24,000 nucleotides of DNA from Carnobacterium gallinarum DSM 4847 (GCF_000744375.1 NZ_JQLU01000005.1:2069496-2093495), one strand, 5' to 3'; positions 15,589 through 23,873 are shown, counted from the stretch's first letter. Notes: generated by a model from the letters alone, not told the origin. Numbers and translations are program-made.

Positions 15589-17070
15589 TTGTTTGATGAC
15601 AGTGAAATAATTGAAATTAAAATTTTGCAAATTTTGGACACAGAAGAAAAATGGTGGCAAAGTCTTGAAATTGCCAAACTACTTAATCAGTCAAAATCAA
15701 CGACTCAAAAATATTTAAAGTTATTAAAGGAAAAAATTTCAACCTTTGATAAAGAGTTAGTAGATATAGAAATAAGTAGTAGCCGAGGAATCTTTTTTAC
15801 ACGAGCGCCATCATTTAATTTACAGTTTCTATATACTGAAATACTCAAAGAGCTCCTATTATATTCGGTTGTTGAAAGTTTTATTTATGATGGAGCATTA
15901 TCAATCACCCAATTTTCAATGGTTCATTATGTCAGTGTTACATCAATAAGAAGAAAATATACAATCATTCAAGATTATTTAGAAAAATTAGAACTAACAA
16001 TAAAAAAAGATCAACTTATTGGGGAAGAAAAGCAAATTAGATGGTTCTTAACTCATTTCTTTTGGGAAGTCTACCAAAGTTCAGAGTGGCCCTTTTCCAC
16101 TATTTCAAAAAATGAGCTAACTACAATTGTCAGAGATATTGAAGACAAGTTCAGTTTGCAATTAATTCCTGAAATGAGAGAACAATTACTTTATTGGTTA
16201 GCAGTGAATATCATTCGTACGAATAAAGGGTATAAGTTGCCAATTGATGAAGAAATTGATCTATATTTAAAAGATCATCCTGTTTTTTTTGAGTTTAGGG
16301 GAGTAATTAGAGCGAAATTTTATAATCCGATTCGGTCGGAAAAAGAATTTTTGGGGAATGTAGGTGAAGTGCAACATCTCTTTTTTCTATGCACGATTTT
16401 CCCAGTTTTAGAAGGGGAGGAAACTCTAAGCACAATTAACTATCAAATGCATAAAAATAAACAGACACAAATGTATGCTGCAACTCAAAGGTGGATCACT
16501 ATGTATGAAGAGTTATTTGATTCAATTGATGGTGATTTAAAGAAGAATCAAATCGAAAAAAAATTACTACGAATCCATAGTTATTCTTATTTATATAAAA
16601 TGGGCGATGATCTTTTTCATACTCACGATTATATCGATGATCTTTTTGTGAAATATCCGAATTATTCTAAAAAAATGAATCAATTATATCAACAAATACA
16701 ACCTTCAAATGAACTGGTTTTAAAAAATCAACAGTATCTAATGAAAGCATATATGTTACTTTGTTATGAAGAATTTGAGATGATAAACTATGAAAAAAAT
16801 ATTCTGATTTGTCTAAGTATTGGTGATGGAAGTACGTATGAAGGGATTATGAAAAATGAACTTAAAACCAAATTTCAAGATAACTATAATTTAAAATTTA
16901 TTTCTCAAAAAGAAAGTGCGGATATTTGGATTACGAATTTACCAATAACCAATCCTGATGATTCAAAGTATCAAGTGAGTGTAAATAACTATTTTACTAA
17001 AAGAGATTATAAGTATATTGAAAATTTCTTTATTGAAATTATTGGGAAAGCGTCTATAGCTGATAACTAG
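15589..17070 (+). CDS. Mga/AtxA-like (PRD-containing virulence regulator type) transcriptional activator
   Basis: The N-terminal EIKILQILDTEEKWWQSLEIAKLLNQSKSTTQKYLKLLKEKI is an Mga-type HTH pattern. It has a long helical middle and a C-terminal ILICLSIGDGSTYEG... segment resembling the EIIB-like end of this family. TTG 15589 lies 7 nt after AGGAGG (15576-15581); the track start is 15562. Confidence 0.55.
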   Translation: MFDDSEIIEIKILQILDTEEKWWQSLEIAKLLNQSKSTTQKYLKLLKEKISTFDKELVDIEISSSRGIFFTRAPSFNLQFLYTEILKELLLYSVVESFIYDGALSITQFSMVHYVSVTSIRRKYTIIQDYLEKLELTIKKDQLIGEEKQIRWFLTHFFWEVYQSSEWPFSTISKNELTTIVRDIEDKFSLQLIPEMREQLLYWLAVNIIRTNKGYKLPIDEEIDLYLKDHPVFFEFRGVIRAKFYNPIRSEKEFLGNVGEVQHLFFLCTIFPVLEGEETLSTINYQMHKNKQTQMYAATQRWITMYEELFDSIDGDLKKNQIEKKLLRIHSYSYLYKMGDDLFHTHDYIDDLFVKYPNYSKKMNQLYQQIQPSNELVLKNQQYLMKAYMLLCYEEFEMINYEKNILICLSIGDGSTYEGIMKNELKTKFQDNYNLKFISQKESADIWITNLPITNPDDSKYQVSVNNYFTKRDYKYIENFFIEIIGKASIADN

Positions 17071-17102
17071 TTATAACAAAATTCAATAATAATAATTATT
17101 TT

Positions 17103-17141
17103 AAAAAAACAAGGACTGCTTCAGTCTCTTGTTTTTTTTTG
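17103..17141 (+). terminator. Rho-independent terminator after the regulator gene
   Basis: Stem AACAAGGACTG (17108-17118) / AGTCTCTTGTT (17123-17133, one bulge), followed by T9. Confidence 0.75.
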
Positions 17142-17257
17142 TTGATAAGTAACGATGCGGGTACGACATTGTTAAATAAAGTTGTTAGTCTTTAAACATA
17201 AGCCTGCCTTACTCAAATGAATCAATAAGATACAAAATAGTCTACTTCTAAAAAAAA

Positions 17258-17290
17258 TCAGAATTAAGGTCAAGAAAGACTTAATTCTGA
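17258..17290 (+). promoter_or_regulatory. Perfect inverted repeat upstream of the synthase operon promoter (candidate activator site)
   Basis: TCAGAATTAAG (17258-17268) / CTTAATTCTGA (17280-17290), 11-nt spacer. TATACT -10 box at 15 nt-plus downstream (17315-17320), with only a poor -35 (TGTTTC). Confidence 0.4.
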
Positions 17291-17350
17291 ATGTTTCTAG
17301 AAGGTAGAACGTTTTATACTGAATGCATAGTAAAAGAAGGAGCGTGTTTA

Positions 17351-18661
17351 ATGTTTACTTTGCCAGATTTATTATTTAAAGGAGTGTCAATGGTTATTTT
17401 AATTACATCAATCATGGTGTTTTTTCATTTAGGTTTTTATACCTTATTAGCGCTAATAGGATTAAAAAAGCCGAAAAGAACATATGAGATAAAGTCAGAT
17501 AAAAATAAGTTTTTATTTATTGTCCCGGCCCATAATGAGGAAAAAGTGATTCAAAATTGTTTAGAGAGTATTTCACGCTTAGACTATGATGCTCAATTAG
17601 TGAATGCAGTTATTTTAGCAGATCACTGTGAGGATAGGACAGCTGAAATTGCACGTTCTATAAATAACTATACGGTATATGAGAATACCTATGCTGAGGG
17701 AGATGTAAGAGGAAAGCCTCACGTTATTGGAAAATATTTGAAGGAACATAGAGACATATGGTTAAAGTATGATTTTATCGTGTTTTTAGATGCAGATAAC
17801 TTAGTTTCATCAAATTATTTAAAAGAAATAAATTCCCAGTCTATTGCTCAACCTGAATATATGGTGATTCAAGGTTATTTAGATAGTAAAAATATCGGTG
17901 AATCAATGCTGTCTAGAGGATATGCGGCGGCGTACTTTATTACAAATCGAGCAATTCAATATTCAAAGCATTTACTTGGTTGGAATGCCTCTATCGGTGG
18001 TACGGGGTTTGCGCTTAGAACAGATTATATTGAGCAATATGGCTGGAATCCTAAAAGTTATACGGAAGATTTTGAGATTCAAGTTGAATTATCAATTGAA
18101 GGGAAAAAAAGCACGTGGAATCATTTTGCAAAAGTTTATGATGAAAAACCAAATACTTTAGTTGTAAGCCATGTTCAGCGGACTAGATGGTCACAAGGAC
18201 ATTGGCATATTGCATTTACAAAAACTGGCAAGCAACTACTCTCATTAGTGAAACCACAAGGAATTGTCAGTTGGAGCAATCGCTTAGAAACGCTTATTTA
18301 TTCTTATTCGATGTTCAGATCAGTCTGGCTCTTGTTTTTATTTATGCTAGTAGCTATTGATGTTAGACTTATTTCTCAACTTCCCTATTTCTTTTCATTT
18401 TTCTGGTTTTGGTTAATATTTGAAACAATCAATTATATTGTGATTCCATTTACTTACATCATTCAAGAAGGGAAAGAATACATGGGAAATTTTAATACAT
18501 CCAAAAAGATTTCAGAATTTTTTCTACTGTGGGTTGGTTATTTTTATTCAACAGCAGTGTATTACTTTGCTCAAATAAAAGGGTTCTTTACTTGGTTTTT
18601 ACCGCAAAATCATTGGCAAAAGACCGAGCATACAAGTCAAGTTAGTTCGGATGATTTATAA
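17351..18661 (+). CDS. Membrane-embedded processive family-2 glycosyltransferase (polysaccharide synthase type)
   Basis: 436 aa from ATG 17351 (RBS AAGGAG 17335-17340). N-terminal TM, then IVPAHNEE, DAD (17789-17797), TED (18062-18070) and QRTRW (18176-18190). At least 3 C-terminal TM helices follow. Confidence 0.8.
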   Translation: MFTLPDLLFKGVSMVILITSIMVFFHLGFYTLLALIGLKKPKRTYEIKSDKNKFLFIVPAHNEEKVIQNCLESISRLDYDAQLVNAVILADHCEDRTAEIARSINNYTVYENTYAEGDVRGKPHVIGKYLKEHRDIWLKYDFIVFLDADNLVSSNYLKEINSQSIAQPEYMVIQGYLDSKNIGESMLSRGYAAAYFITNRAIQYSKHLLGWNASIGGTGFALRTDYIEQYGWNPKSYTEDFEIQVELSIEGKKSTWNHFAKVYDEKPNTLVVSHVQRTRWSQGHWHIAFTKTGKQLLSLVKPQGIVSWSNRLETLIYSYSMFRSVWLLFLFMLVAIDVRLISQLPYFFSFFWFWLIFETINYIVIPFTYIIQEGKEYMGNFNTSKKISEFFLLWVGYFYSTAVYYFAQIKGFFTWFLPQNHWQKTEHTSQVSSDDL

Positions 18662-18694
18662 AATCCTAGAAAAGTAAGGATAGAAAGGACACTT

Positions 18695-19810
18695 ATGAAA
18701 AAATTCACAGTTATGGTTGTGATTGGAGATGATCAGGAGGCCTTAAAAATGGCTCCAATTATTGACAAGCTAAAGAGAGAGTTTGAAAAATTTAAAGTAA
18801 GCATTGTAAGTACAGCAAGTAATAAACCAGCAGTCAAAAAAATCCTAGGGCTGTATCATGTAAAAACGAATATCGATTTGAATGTTAGAAAAAGAAATCA
18901 ACAATTAAATGAATATATAGTGGCTGTGACTGCAGGAATTACAAAGGCCATTCATCATGAAAAACCTGATTTAGTCTTAGTTCATGGAGATTCTACAACT
19001 AGTCTAGGAGCTTCTTTATCGGCTTTTTATCAAAAAATTAGTGTTGGACAGATAGATGCTGGTCTACGCTATGGCAATAAATATAGTTCGTTTCCAGCTG
19101 AAATGAATCGACGTTTGACAAGTGTAATTGCTGATTTTCATTTTGTTTCTACAAATTCAGCAAAAGCCAATTTAATAAAAGAAGGCATTCAAGAAAATCA
19201 TATTTTTATGACAGGAAATACGGTTATCGAAACGTTGCCCAAAACAGTAAAAGAAAAATTTATCTACAATGAAATTTCAATTCATAGCGACAATAGTCTA
19301 ATTTTACTGTCTCTTGATCAACTAGAGGAAATCAATCCAAAATTAGAGGAACTGTATGCAGCTATTAAACAAGTAGTCGCAAAAAATAGCAAAGTGGAAA
19401 TTATTTATCCACTGCATTTAAATCCAGTGCTGCGAAATCATGCGATTGATACTCTATCAACTATAGAAAGAATTCATCTAGTAGAGCCTTTAGATGTTGG
19501 CAAGTATCACAATTTAATCAATCAAGCCCAATTAGTGCTAACAGATACTAGCAGTATGTATGAAGTTGCTACCAGTTTAAAAACGCCTTTATTGATTATG
19601 GCGGCTGACATAGATCATCCTGAAATAATTCATACAGGCGTTGGCAAATTAATTGAGATGAATTCGGTGACAATTACAGAGGAAGTTATGAAATTAATGA
19701 CAGATACTTTTTATTATGATTCTATGCTTTTAAATGAGGAAGTCTTTACGAATGGACTTGAAAGTGCGAGTGAAAAAATTGTGGAAGTAATAAAAAAACA
19801 AATTAGATAA
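18695..19810 (+). CDS. UDP-N-acetylglucosamine 2-epimerase (WecB/MnaA)-like protein with degenerate catalytic motifs
   Basis: 371 aa, colinear with MnaA/WecB (HGDSTT, AGLR, NR, HLNP and LTD blocks kept). GTRPE, GHVE, HRREN and DSGG-QEE blocks are replaced (see findings). Confidence 0.65.
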   Translation: MKKFTVMVVIGDDQEALKMAPIIDKLKREFEKFKVSIVSTASNKPAVKKILGLYHVKTNIDLNVRKRNQQLNEYIVAVTAGITKAIHHEKPDLVLVHGDSTTSLGASLSAFYQKISVGQIDAGLRYGNKYSSFPAEMNRRLTSVIADFHFVSTNSAKANLIKEGIQENHIFMTGNTVIETLPKTVKEKFIYNEISIHSDNSLILLSLDQLEEINPKLEELYAAIKQVVAKNSKVEIIYPLHLNPVLRNHAIDTLSTIERIHLVEPLDVGKYHNLINQAQLVLTDTSSMYEVATSLKTPLLIMAADIDHPEIIHTGVGKLIEMNSVTITEEVMKLMTDTFYYDSMLLNEEVFTNGLESASEKIVEVIKKQIR

Positions 19811-19830
19811 GGAATGGGGAATAAAAAATT

Positions 19831-19986
19831 ATGCAATATTCAAATGAAAAAATTGGAATCGAACTAAAAAGCAATACACAGAATCAGATTAAGCAGAAAA
19901 AAGGTCAATTAGCGGTAGTTAATGCTCTATTTTTACTGGCTTTTGTTTCAGTAGTCAGTACATTTATCTATTTGGCCTTTTTTTAA
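19831..19986 (+). CDS. Small tail-anchored membrane protein, 51 aa (not in the ORF track)
   Basis: ATG 19831 ... TAA 19984-19986. Sequence MQYSNEKIGIELKSNTQNQIKQKKGQLAVVNALFLLAFVSVVSTFIYLAFF has a polar basic N-half and one C-terminal TM. It starts 20 nt after the epimerase-like stop. Confidence 0.4.
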   Translation: MQYSNEKIGIELKSNTQNQIKQKKGQLAVVNALFLLAFVSVVSTFIYLAFF

Positions 19987-20050
19987 GAGAGAAAGGCAGC
20001 AATTCTGAAAAAGTAGTGGTTGTTTATTTAGCTGGCAAGGAGGAAGTAGG

Positions 20051-20728
20051 ATGAGAATAAAGAACCATAATTTTGCCAATGTGTATAGATTCTTATTTTT
20101 GCTAGTTTGTGGCTATGGACTGTATCTAAATTCTGGACTAGTAAATGGAAAATTAGAGCTAGGTTATCTATGGTTTTATACAATTTTAAGTAATCTTGTT
20201 TGTTTTATCTATTATTTTTATTTAGAAATACAGTCCATTCGAGGGTTTCCTTATCAAGAGACTTCAAGAATGAAGGGTGCTATAACAATGTGTATTACTG
20301 TGACACTGGTTGTCTATCATTTTTTACTAGTACCAAATGCTTTTGAAATGAACCCAGAATATACAATTTTTAGTTTGGGAAATCTGATTGTTCATTATAT
20401 TGTTCCTATATTGGTACTTTTGGATTGGTTACTCTTTGATAAAAAAGGCGTAGGTAAAGTGAACGATCCGATTCTATGGTTACTGTTGCCATTTAGTTAT
20501 TTTTTAGCTGTATTTATGCGAGCTTTGATTTTAAAAACACCTTTAGTTGGTAAAAGTTTATATCCTTATTATTTTATGGATAGTCAACAAATTGGAACAG
20601 CTGGGGTCGCAATCACAATCATTTTTTTAGTACTGTTATTTTTATGTATTGGGTATTGTATTTTTGGAGTGGATTTAGTTCTTTCAAAAAGAGAAATTCT
20701 AAAAAAGGGTAAGTTTTTTATTGATTGA
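20051..20728 (+). CDS. Six-TM membrane protein, probably Pr6Pr / FAR-17a/AIG1-like family
   Basis: 225 aa. FYTILSNLVCF and LIVHYIVPILVLLDWLLF resemble the conserved SN and H..P...DW blocks I associate with this family. RBS AAGGAGGA. Confidence 0.5.
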   Translation: MRIKNHNFANVYRFLFLLVCGYGLYLNSGLVNGKLELGYLWFYTILSNLVCFIYYFYLEIQSIRGFPYQETSRMKGAITMCITVTLVVYHFLLVPNAFEMNPEYTIFSLGNLIVHYIVPILVLLDWLLFDKKGVGKVNDPILWLLLPFSYFLAVFMRALILKTPLVGKSLYPYYFMDSQQIGTAGVAITIIFLVLLFLCIGYCIFGVDLVLSKREILKKGKFFID

Positions 20729-20766
20729 TTGGATAGTAGAGTGACTTTGATATGGAGGATTTTAAC

Positions 20767-20931
20767 ATGACTAAATTTGAATTTTATGAACGTCTATTAA
20801 AAGAACTTGAGAATGATTTCTGTTTTTTAAAGGAAAAAATGTATACAGATGAAGAGTATAGTAAAGTAAAAAATTTATTACTGGAAGTTTTTAGGATTGA
20901 GCTAACTAGTACTTCCCTAACAGAAGATTGA
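20767..20931 (+). CDS. Small cytoplasmic hypothetical protein, 54 aa (not in the ORF track)
   Basis: ATG 20767 is preceded by GGAGG (20753-20757). Sequence MTKFEFYERLLKELENDFCFLKEKMYTDEEYSKVKNLLLEVFRIELTSTSLTED, stop TGA 20929-20931. Predicted helical, no TM. Confidence 0.45.
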   Translation: MTKFEFYERLLKELENDFCFLKEKMYTDEEYSKVKNLLLEVFRIELTSTSLTED

Positions 20932-21071
20932 TGCCACTAGTTACTAGTTTCCATTTTGAATTTTACTAATTCAGCTTTTAAGTCAACTTGACCTGAAATT
21001 TGGTCATAAATAAGGTGGATTTGACAGTATACTAGATTTTGACTAACAAAAAAATTAGAAGGAGCGAAAAA

Positions 21072-23825
21072 ATGAAAAAACAGAAACAGTCATATACAAA
21101 GATTATGAGTTCACTATTAGTAGCAAGTATTTTAGCAGCACCGGTATTGGAGTTAACCAATCCGTTAAAAACGGTATTTGCAGAAACAACGGAGCTGGTA
21201 GAAGAAAAAACAGAAACAGATGAAACAGAAGCAGAAAGTCAGGAAGAATCCGAGGAATCTACTCCAATTGAAGCAGAACAAGAGGAGGAGAATCCTGCCG
21301 AAATATCAGTTGAACCAGAGGCTGTAGATGTAGAAACATCCTCAAATCCAGTTAAAGCAGCCACTGTTGGAACAAAAGCGGATACAGATCTGATTACAGC
21401 GGCTGATTTAGGGAATGAACAATGGTTGATTGATAACGTGCAAAGCCAAACAAGAAAAAAAGTTGGCGTTGATCTAACTTTTGGTGATTTAAAAACAATC
21501 ACTGATATTAAACTTGAAAGAAGAGATGTAGTTGGAAGTATTCCTACAGAAATAGAGAATTTAAGTAACTTAGTGAACTTGAATTTGAACTCGAACGAAG
21601 TGAGTGGAAGTATCCCTGAAGGCATAGGGAATTTAAGCAAATTAACAACTTTAAATTTGGAGAATAATAAATTAAGTGGGAATATTCCTGAGATTCTAGG
21701 GAATTTAAGTAATTTAACAATCTTGAATTTGTATAATAATCAACTTGATGGAAACATTCCTGATATTCTGGCGAATTTAAGTAACTTAACCAACTTAGAT
21801 TTGAGGGGCAATCAACTGAGTGGAGACATTCCTAAAAGTCTCGGAAATTTAAGTAACTTAACGAACTTGAATTTGGGTGGTAATGAATTAAGTGGAAGCA
21901 TTCCTGAGGAACTGGGGAACTTAAGTAACTTAACGATCTTGAATTTATATTTTAACCAATTGAGTGGAAATATCCCTGAAAGTCTAGCCAATTTAAGTAA
22001 CTTAAAGACCTTGAGTTTTAATACAAACCAATTGAGTGGAAATGTCCCTGAAAGTCTAGCCAATTTAAGTAACTTAACAAGTTTAGATTTGAGGACAAAT
22101 AAACTGAGTGGAAGCATTCCTGAGAGTTTAGGGAATTTAACTAACTTAGTAGGCTTATATTTGAGTCACAATCAACTGAGTGGAAGTATTCCCGATAGTC
22201 TAGGTAATTTAAGTAATTTAAGTGGATTTAGTGTATATGGTAACCAATTGAGTGGAACCATTCCTGAAAGTCTAGGAAATTTAAGTAACTTAAAGAGTTT
22301 AGATATAGGTCGTAATCAATTAAGTGGAACTATTCCATCGAGTCTAGGAAATCTAAATAACTTAGATAGTTTTTTTTTCAGTTATAATAAATTGATTGGC
22401 ATCATTCCAGAAAATCTTAAATCAATGGAGAAGATTTCTAATAGCGCTGCTTATGATAATCAAGTAACAAGCAATTCAAATGGTCCATTTGATTTTGATA
22501 ATGGGAAAAATCTTCATTCACTTGGTACATTTATTAATGCTGAAGGTTCCAAATTACAATTGAACTCAAATTCAATTCTCTATTTAAATCCCAAAATGGC
22601 TGATTTAAAACCATTCGATAGTGAAAGCGATAGTTATTTCAATATTGGATTATCAAATGGGGAAGAGCTATTTGAAGGCCATATCTATACAATTAAAGAC
22701 AAAGCAACAGGCGAAGTCAAGTATAGTGGTGAGGCAGATGATTCTGTTGTTTTACCAAATCCAGGTAAGGCCACAACGTATCAAATTATTCTAGATGAAG
22801 CAGATAAAAATCCAAATAATATAACAGAAACTAGAGTAACAGTACAGGGGCCAGTAAAAGTAGAATACAAATCAGAAGCAGGGACTGAGATAGCTCCTAT
22901 TCAACTATTAGAAGGCGAAATTGGGACGCCCTATACAACCAGTGCGCTAGATATCGAAGGGTGGATTTTAAAAGAAACTCCGGCAAATGCGAACGGAACG
23001 TATACAGCTACCGAACAAACGGTGACTTATATTTATCAAGCAATACCAACTCCTTATAATACATTCACGAATGGCTACTGGAGAGATTATGGGTTTATTC
23101 TTGAAGGACGTGCTGGAATTGACACAGAGAAATTTAGCGCCGAAGATTCAGTCACGAAAAAAGTAGAAATGTTAGATAATACTGGAACTATTGTGAAAAC
23201 ATGGGATGCACAAAATACAAACTGGTATGACGCGACTACCTACGATGGCTATCAAGTGATTTTAACAACTGCTGATATGGCGACGTTAGCTGCTGGAAAT
23301 TACACATTCCAAGTAGAAGTGACTTTAAAGAATGGTGACAAATATGTTGAAGCTATTCAAGAAGGAAGTTCAGCCTTGGGATTTATTGGTGAAGAAAGTC
23401 AAACGATTGCTGGTTTAGAAAATGGTATAGCTAACTCAAATGAGGTTGCTTTTAGTACAAATGGTCGCAATGTGATGCAAATGAATATAGCTTCCTCGAC
23501 TGCAGCATTTAATAAAATTACCCAATATACAAGTGAGGCAGGAACGACCATCATTGATGGCTGGGTTGCAGAAACCAGCTTTAACTTTGCCGATACCCAT
23601 ACAAAAGAACTTGTGATTGAGAATGCTGAAGGAACAGAAGTCTATCGTGAGATAGCTCCTACATGGGATATTACAGAAACATTTGGTATTACAGTCAACG
23701 ATGAATGGAAACGTGCAGGATTCCAAGCCGATATTCCACAATTACATGATGTAAGTGAAAATAAAGCGTATATCGTAGTAAAAAATGAAGATGGAACAGA
23801 TATTAGTAAAACACAAATTAAATAA
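21072..23825 (+). CDS. Secreted leucine-rich-repeat protein (plant-specific-type LRRs plus MucBP domain), no recognisable anchor
   Basis: 917 aa from ATG 21072 (RBS AAGGAG). Signal peptide MKKQKQSYTKIMSSLLVASILAAPVL...VFA-ETT, then an acidic E/T-rich linker. Twelve 24-aa LxxLxxLxLxxNxLSGxIPxxLGN repeats follow, then a MucBP-like segment (VKVEYKSEAGTEIAP...TVTYIYQ). The last approx. 260 aa are uncharacterised. No LPXTG, C-terminal TM, LysM, GW or WxL domain was recognised. Confidence 0.8.
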   Translation: MKKQKQSYTKIMSSLLVASILAAPVLELTNPLKTVFAETTELVEEKTETDETEAESQEESEESTPIEAEQEEENPAEISVEPEAVDVETSSNPVKAATVGTKADTDLITAADLGNEQWLIDNVQSQTRKKVGVDLTFGDLKTITDIKLERRDVVGSIPTEIENLSNLVNLNLNSNEVSGSIPEGIGNLSKLTTLNLENNKLSGNIPEILGNLSNLTILNLYNNQLDGNIPDILANLSNLTNLDLRGNQLSGDIPKSLGNLSNLTNLNLGGNELSGSIPEELGNLSNLTILNLYFNQLSGNIPESLANLSNLKTLSFNTNQLSGNVPESLANLSNLTSLDLRTNKLSGSIPESLGNLTNLVGLYLSHNQLSGSIPDSLGNLSNLSGFSVYGNQLSGTIPESLGNLSNLKSLDIGRNQLSGTIPSSLGNLNNLDSFFFSYNKLIGIIPENLKSMEKISNSAAYDNQVTSNSNGPFDFDNGKNLHSLGTFINAEGSKLQLNSNSILYLNPKMADLKPFDSESDSYFNIGLSNGEELFEGHIYTIKDKATGEVKYSGEADDSVVLPNPGKATTYQIILDEADKNPNNITETRVTVQGPVKVEYKSEAGTEIAPIQLLEGEIGTPYTTSALDIEGWILKETPANANGTYTATEQTVTYIYQAIPTPYNTFTNGYWRDYGFILEGRAGIDTEKFSAEDSVTKKVEMLDNTGTIVKTWDAQNTNWYDATTYDGYQVILTTADMATLAAGNYTFQVEVTLKNGDKYVEAIQEGSSALGFIGEESQTIAGLENGIANSNEVAFSTNGRNVMQMNIASSTAAFNKITQYTSEAGTTIIDGWVAETSFNFADTHTKELVIENAEGTEVYREIAPTWDITETFGITVNDEWKRAGFQADIPQLHDVSENKAYIVVKNEDGTDISKTQIK
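21552..22415 (+). repeat. 12 tandem 72-bp coding repeats (LRR units)
   Basis: The AATTTAAGTAAC core recurs at 21558, 21630, 21702 ... with an exact 72-nt period. Long stretches are identical between units (e.g. GGGAATTTAAGTAACTTAAC, CAATTGAGTGGAA). Confidence 0.9.
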
Positions 23826-23873
23826 GCAAAATAGAGTGTGAGTAGGATAGAACTCTATCTTCCAAAGAAAAAA

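Noticed and set aside
17898-18161. 87-aa plus-strand ORF in another frame of the GT2 gene
   Set aside because: It is an out-of-frame overlap with the synthase gene, which carries all catalytic motifs in its own frame.
20988-21049. Three TTGAC motifs (20988, 21021, 21039) upstream of the LRR gene as a defined promoter
   Set aside because: No partner -10 box lies at proper spacing (the best is TTGACA-17 nt-TAACAA). This is insufficient to call a promoter, so the LRR gene may depend on read-through from the synthase operon.
21552-22415. Regular repeat array considered as a possible CRISPR
   Set aside because: The units are contiguous 72-bp coding repeats with no unique spacers. They are in frame within a long ORF, and there are no cas genes.
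21239-23741. Minus-strand ORFs 21239..21640, 21812..22117 and 23436..23741
   Set aside because: They are antisense to the LRR protein gene. The first two are artefacts of the 72-bp repeat periodicity (repetitive LKFxKLLK peptides).
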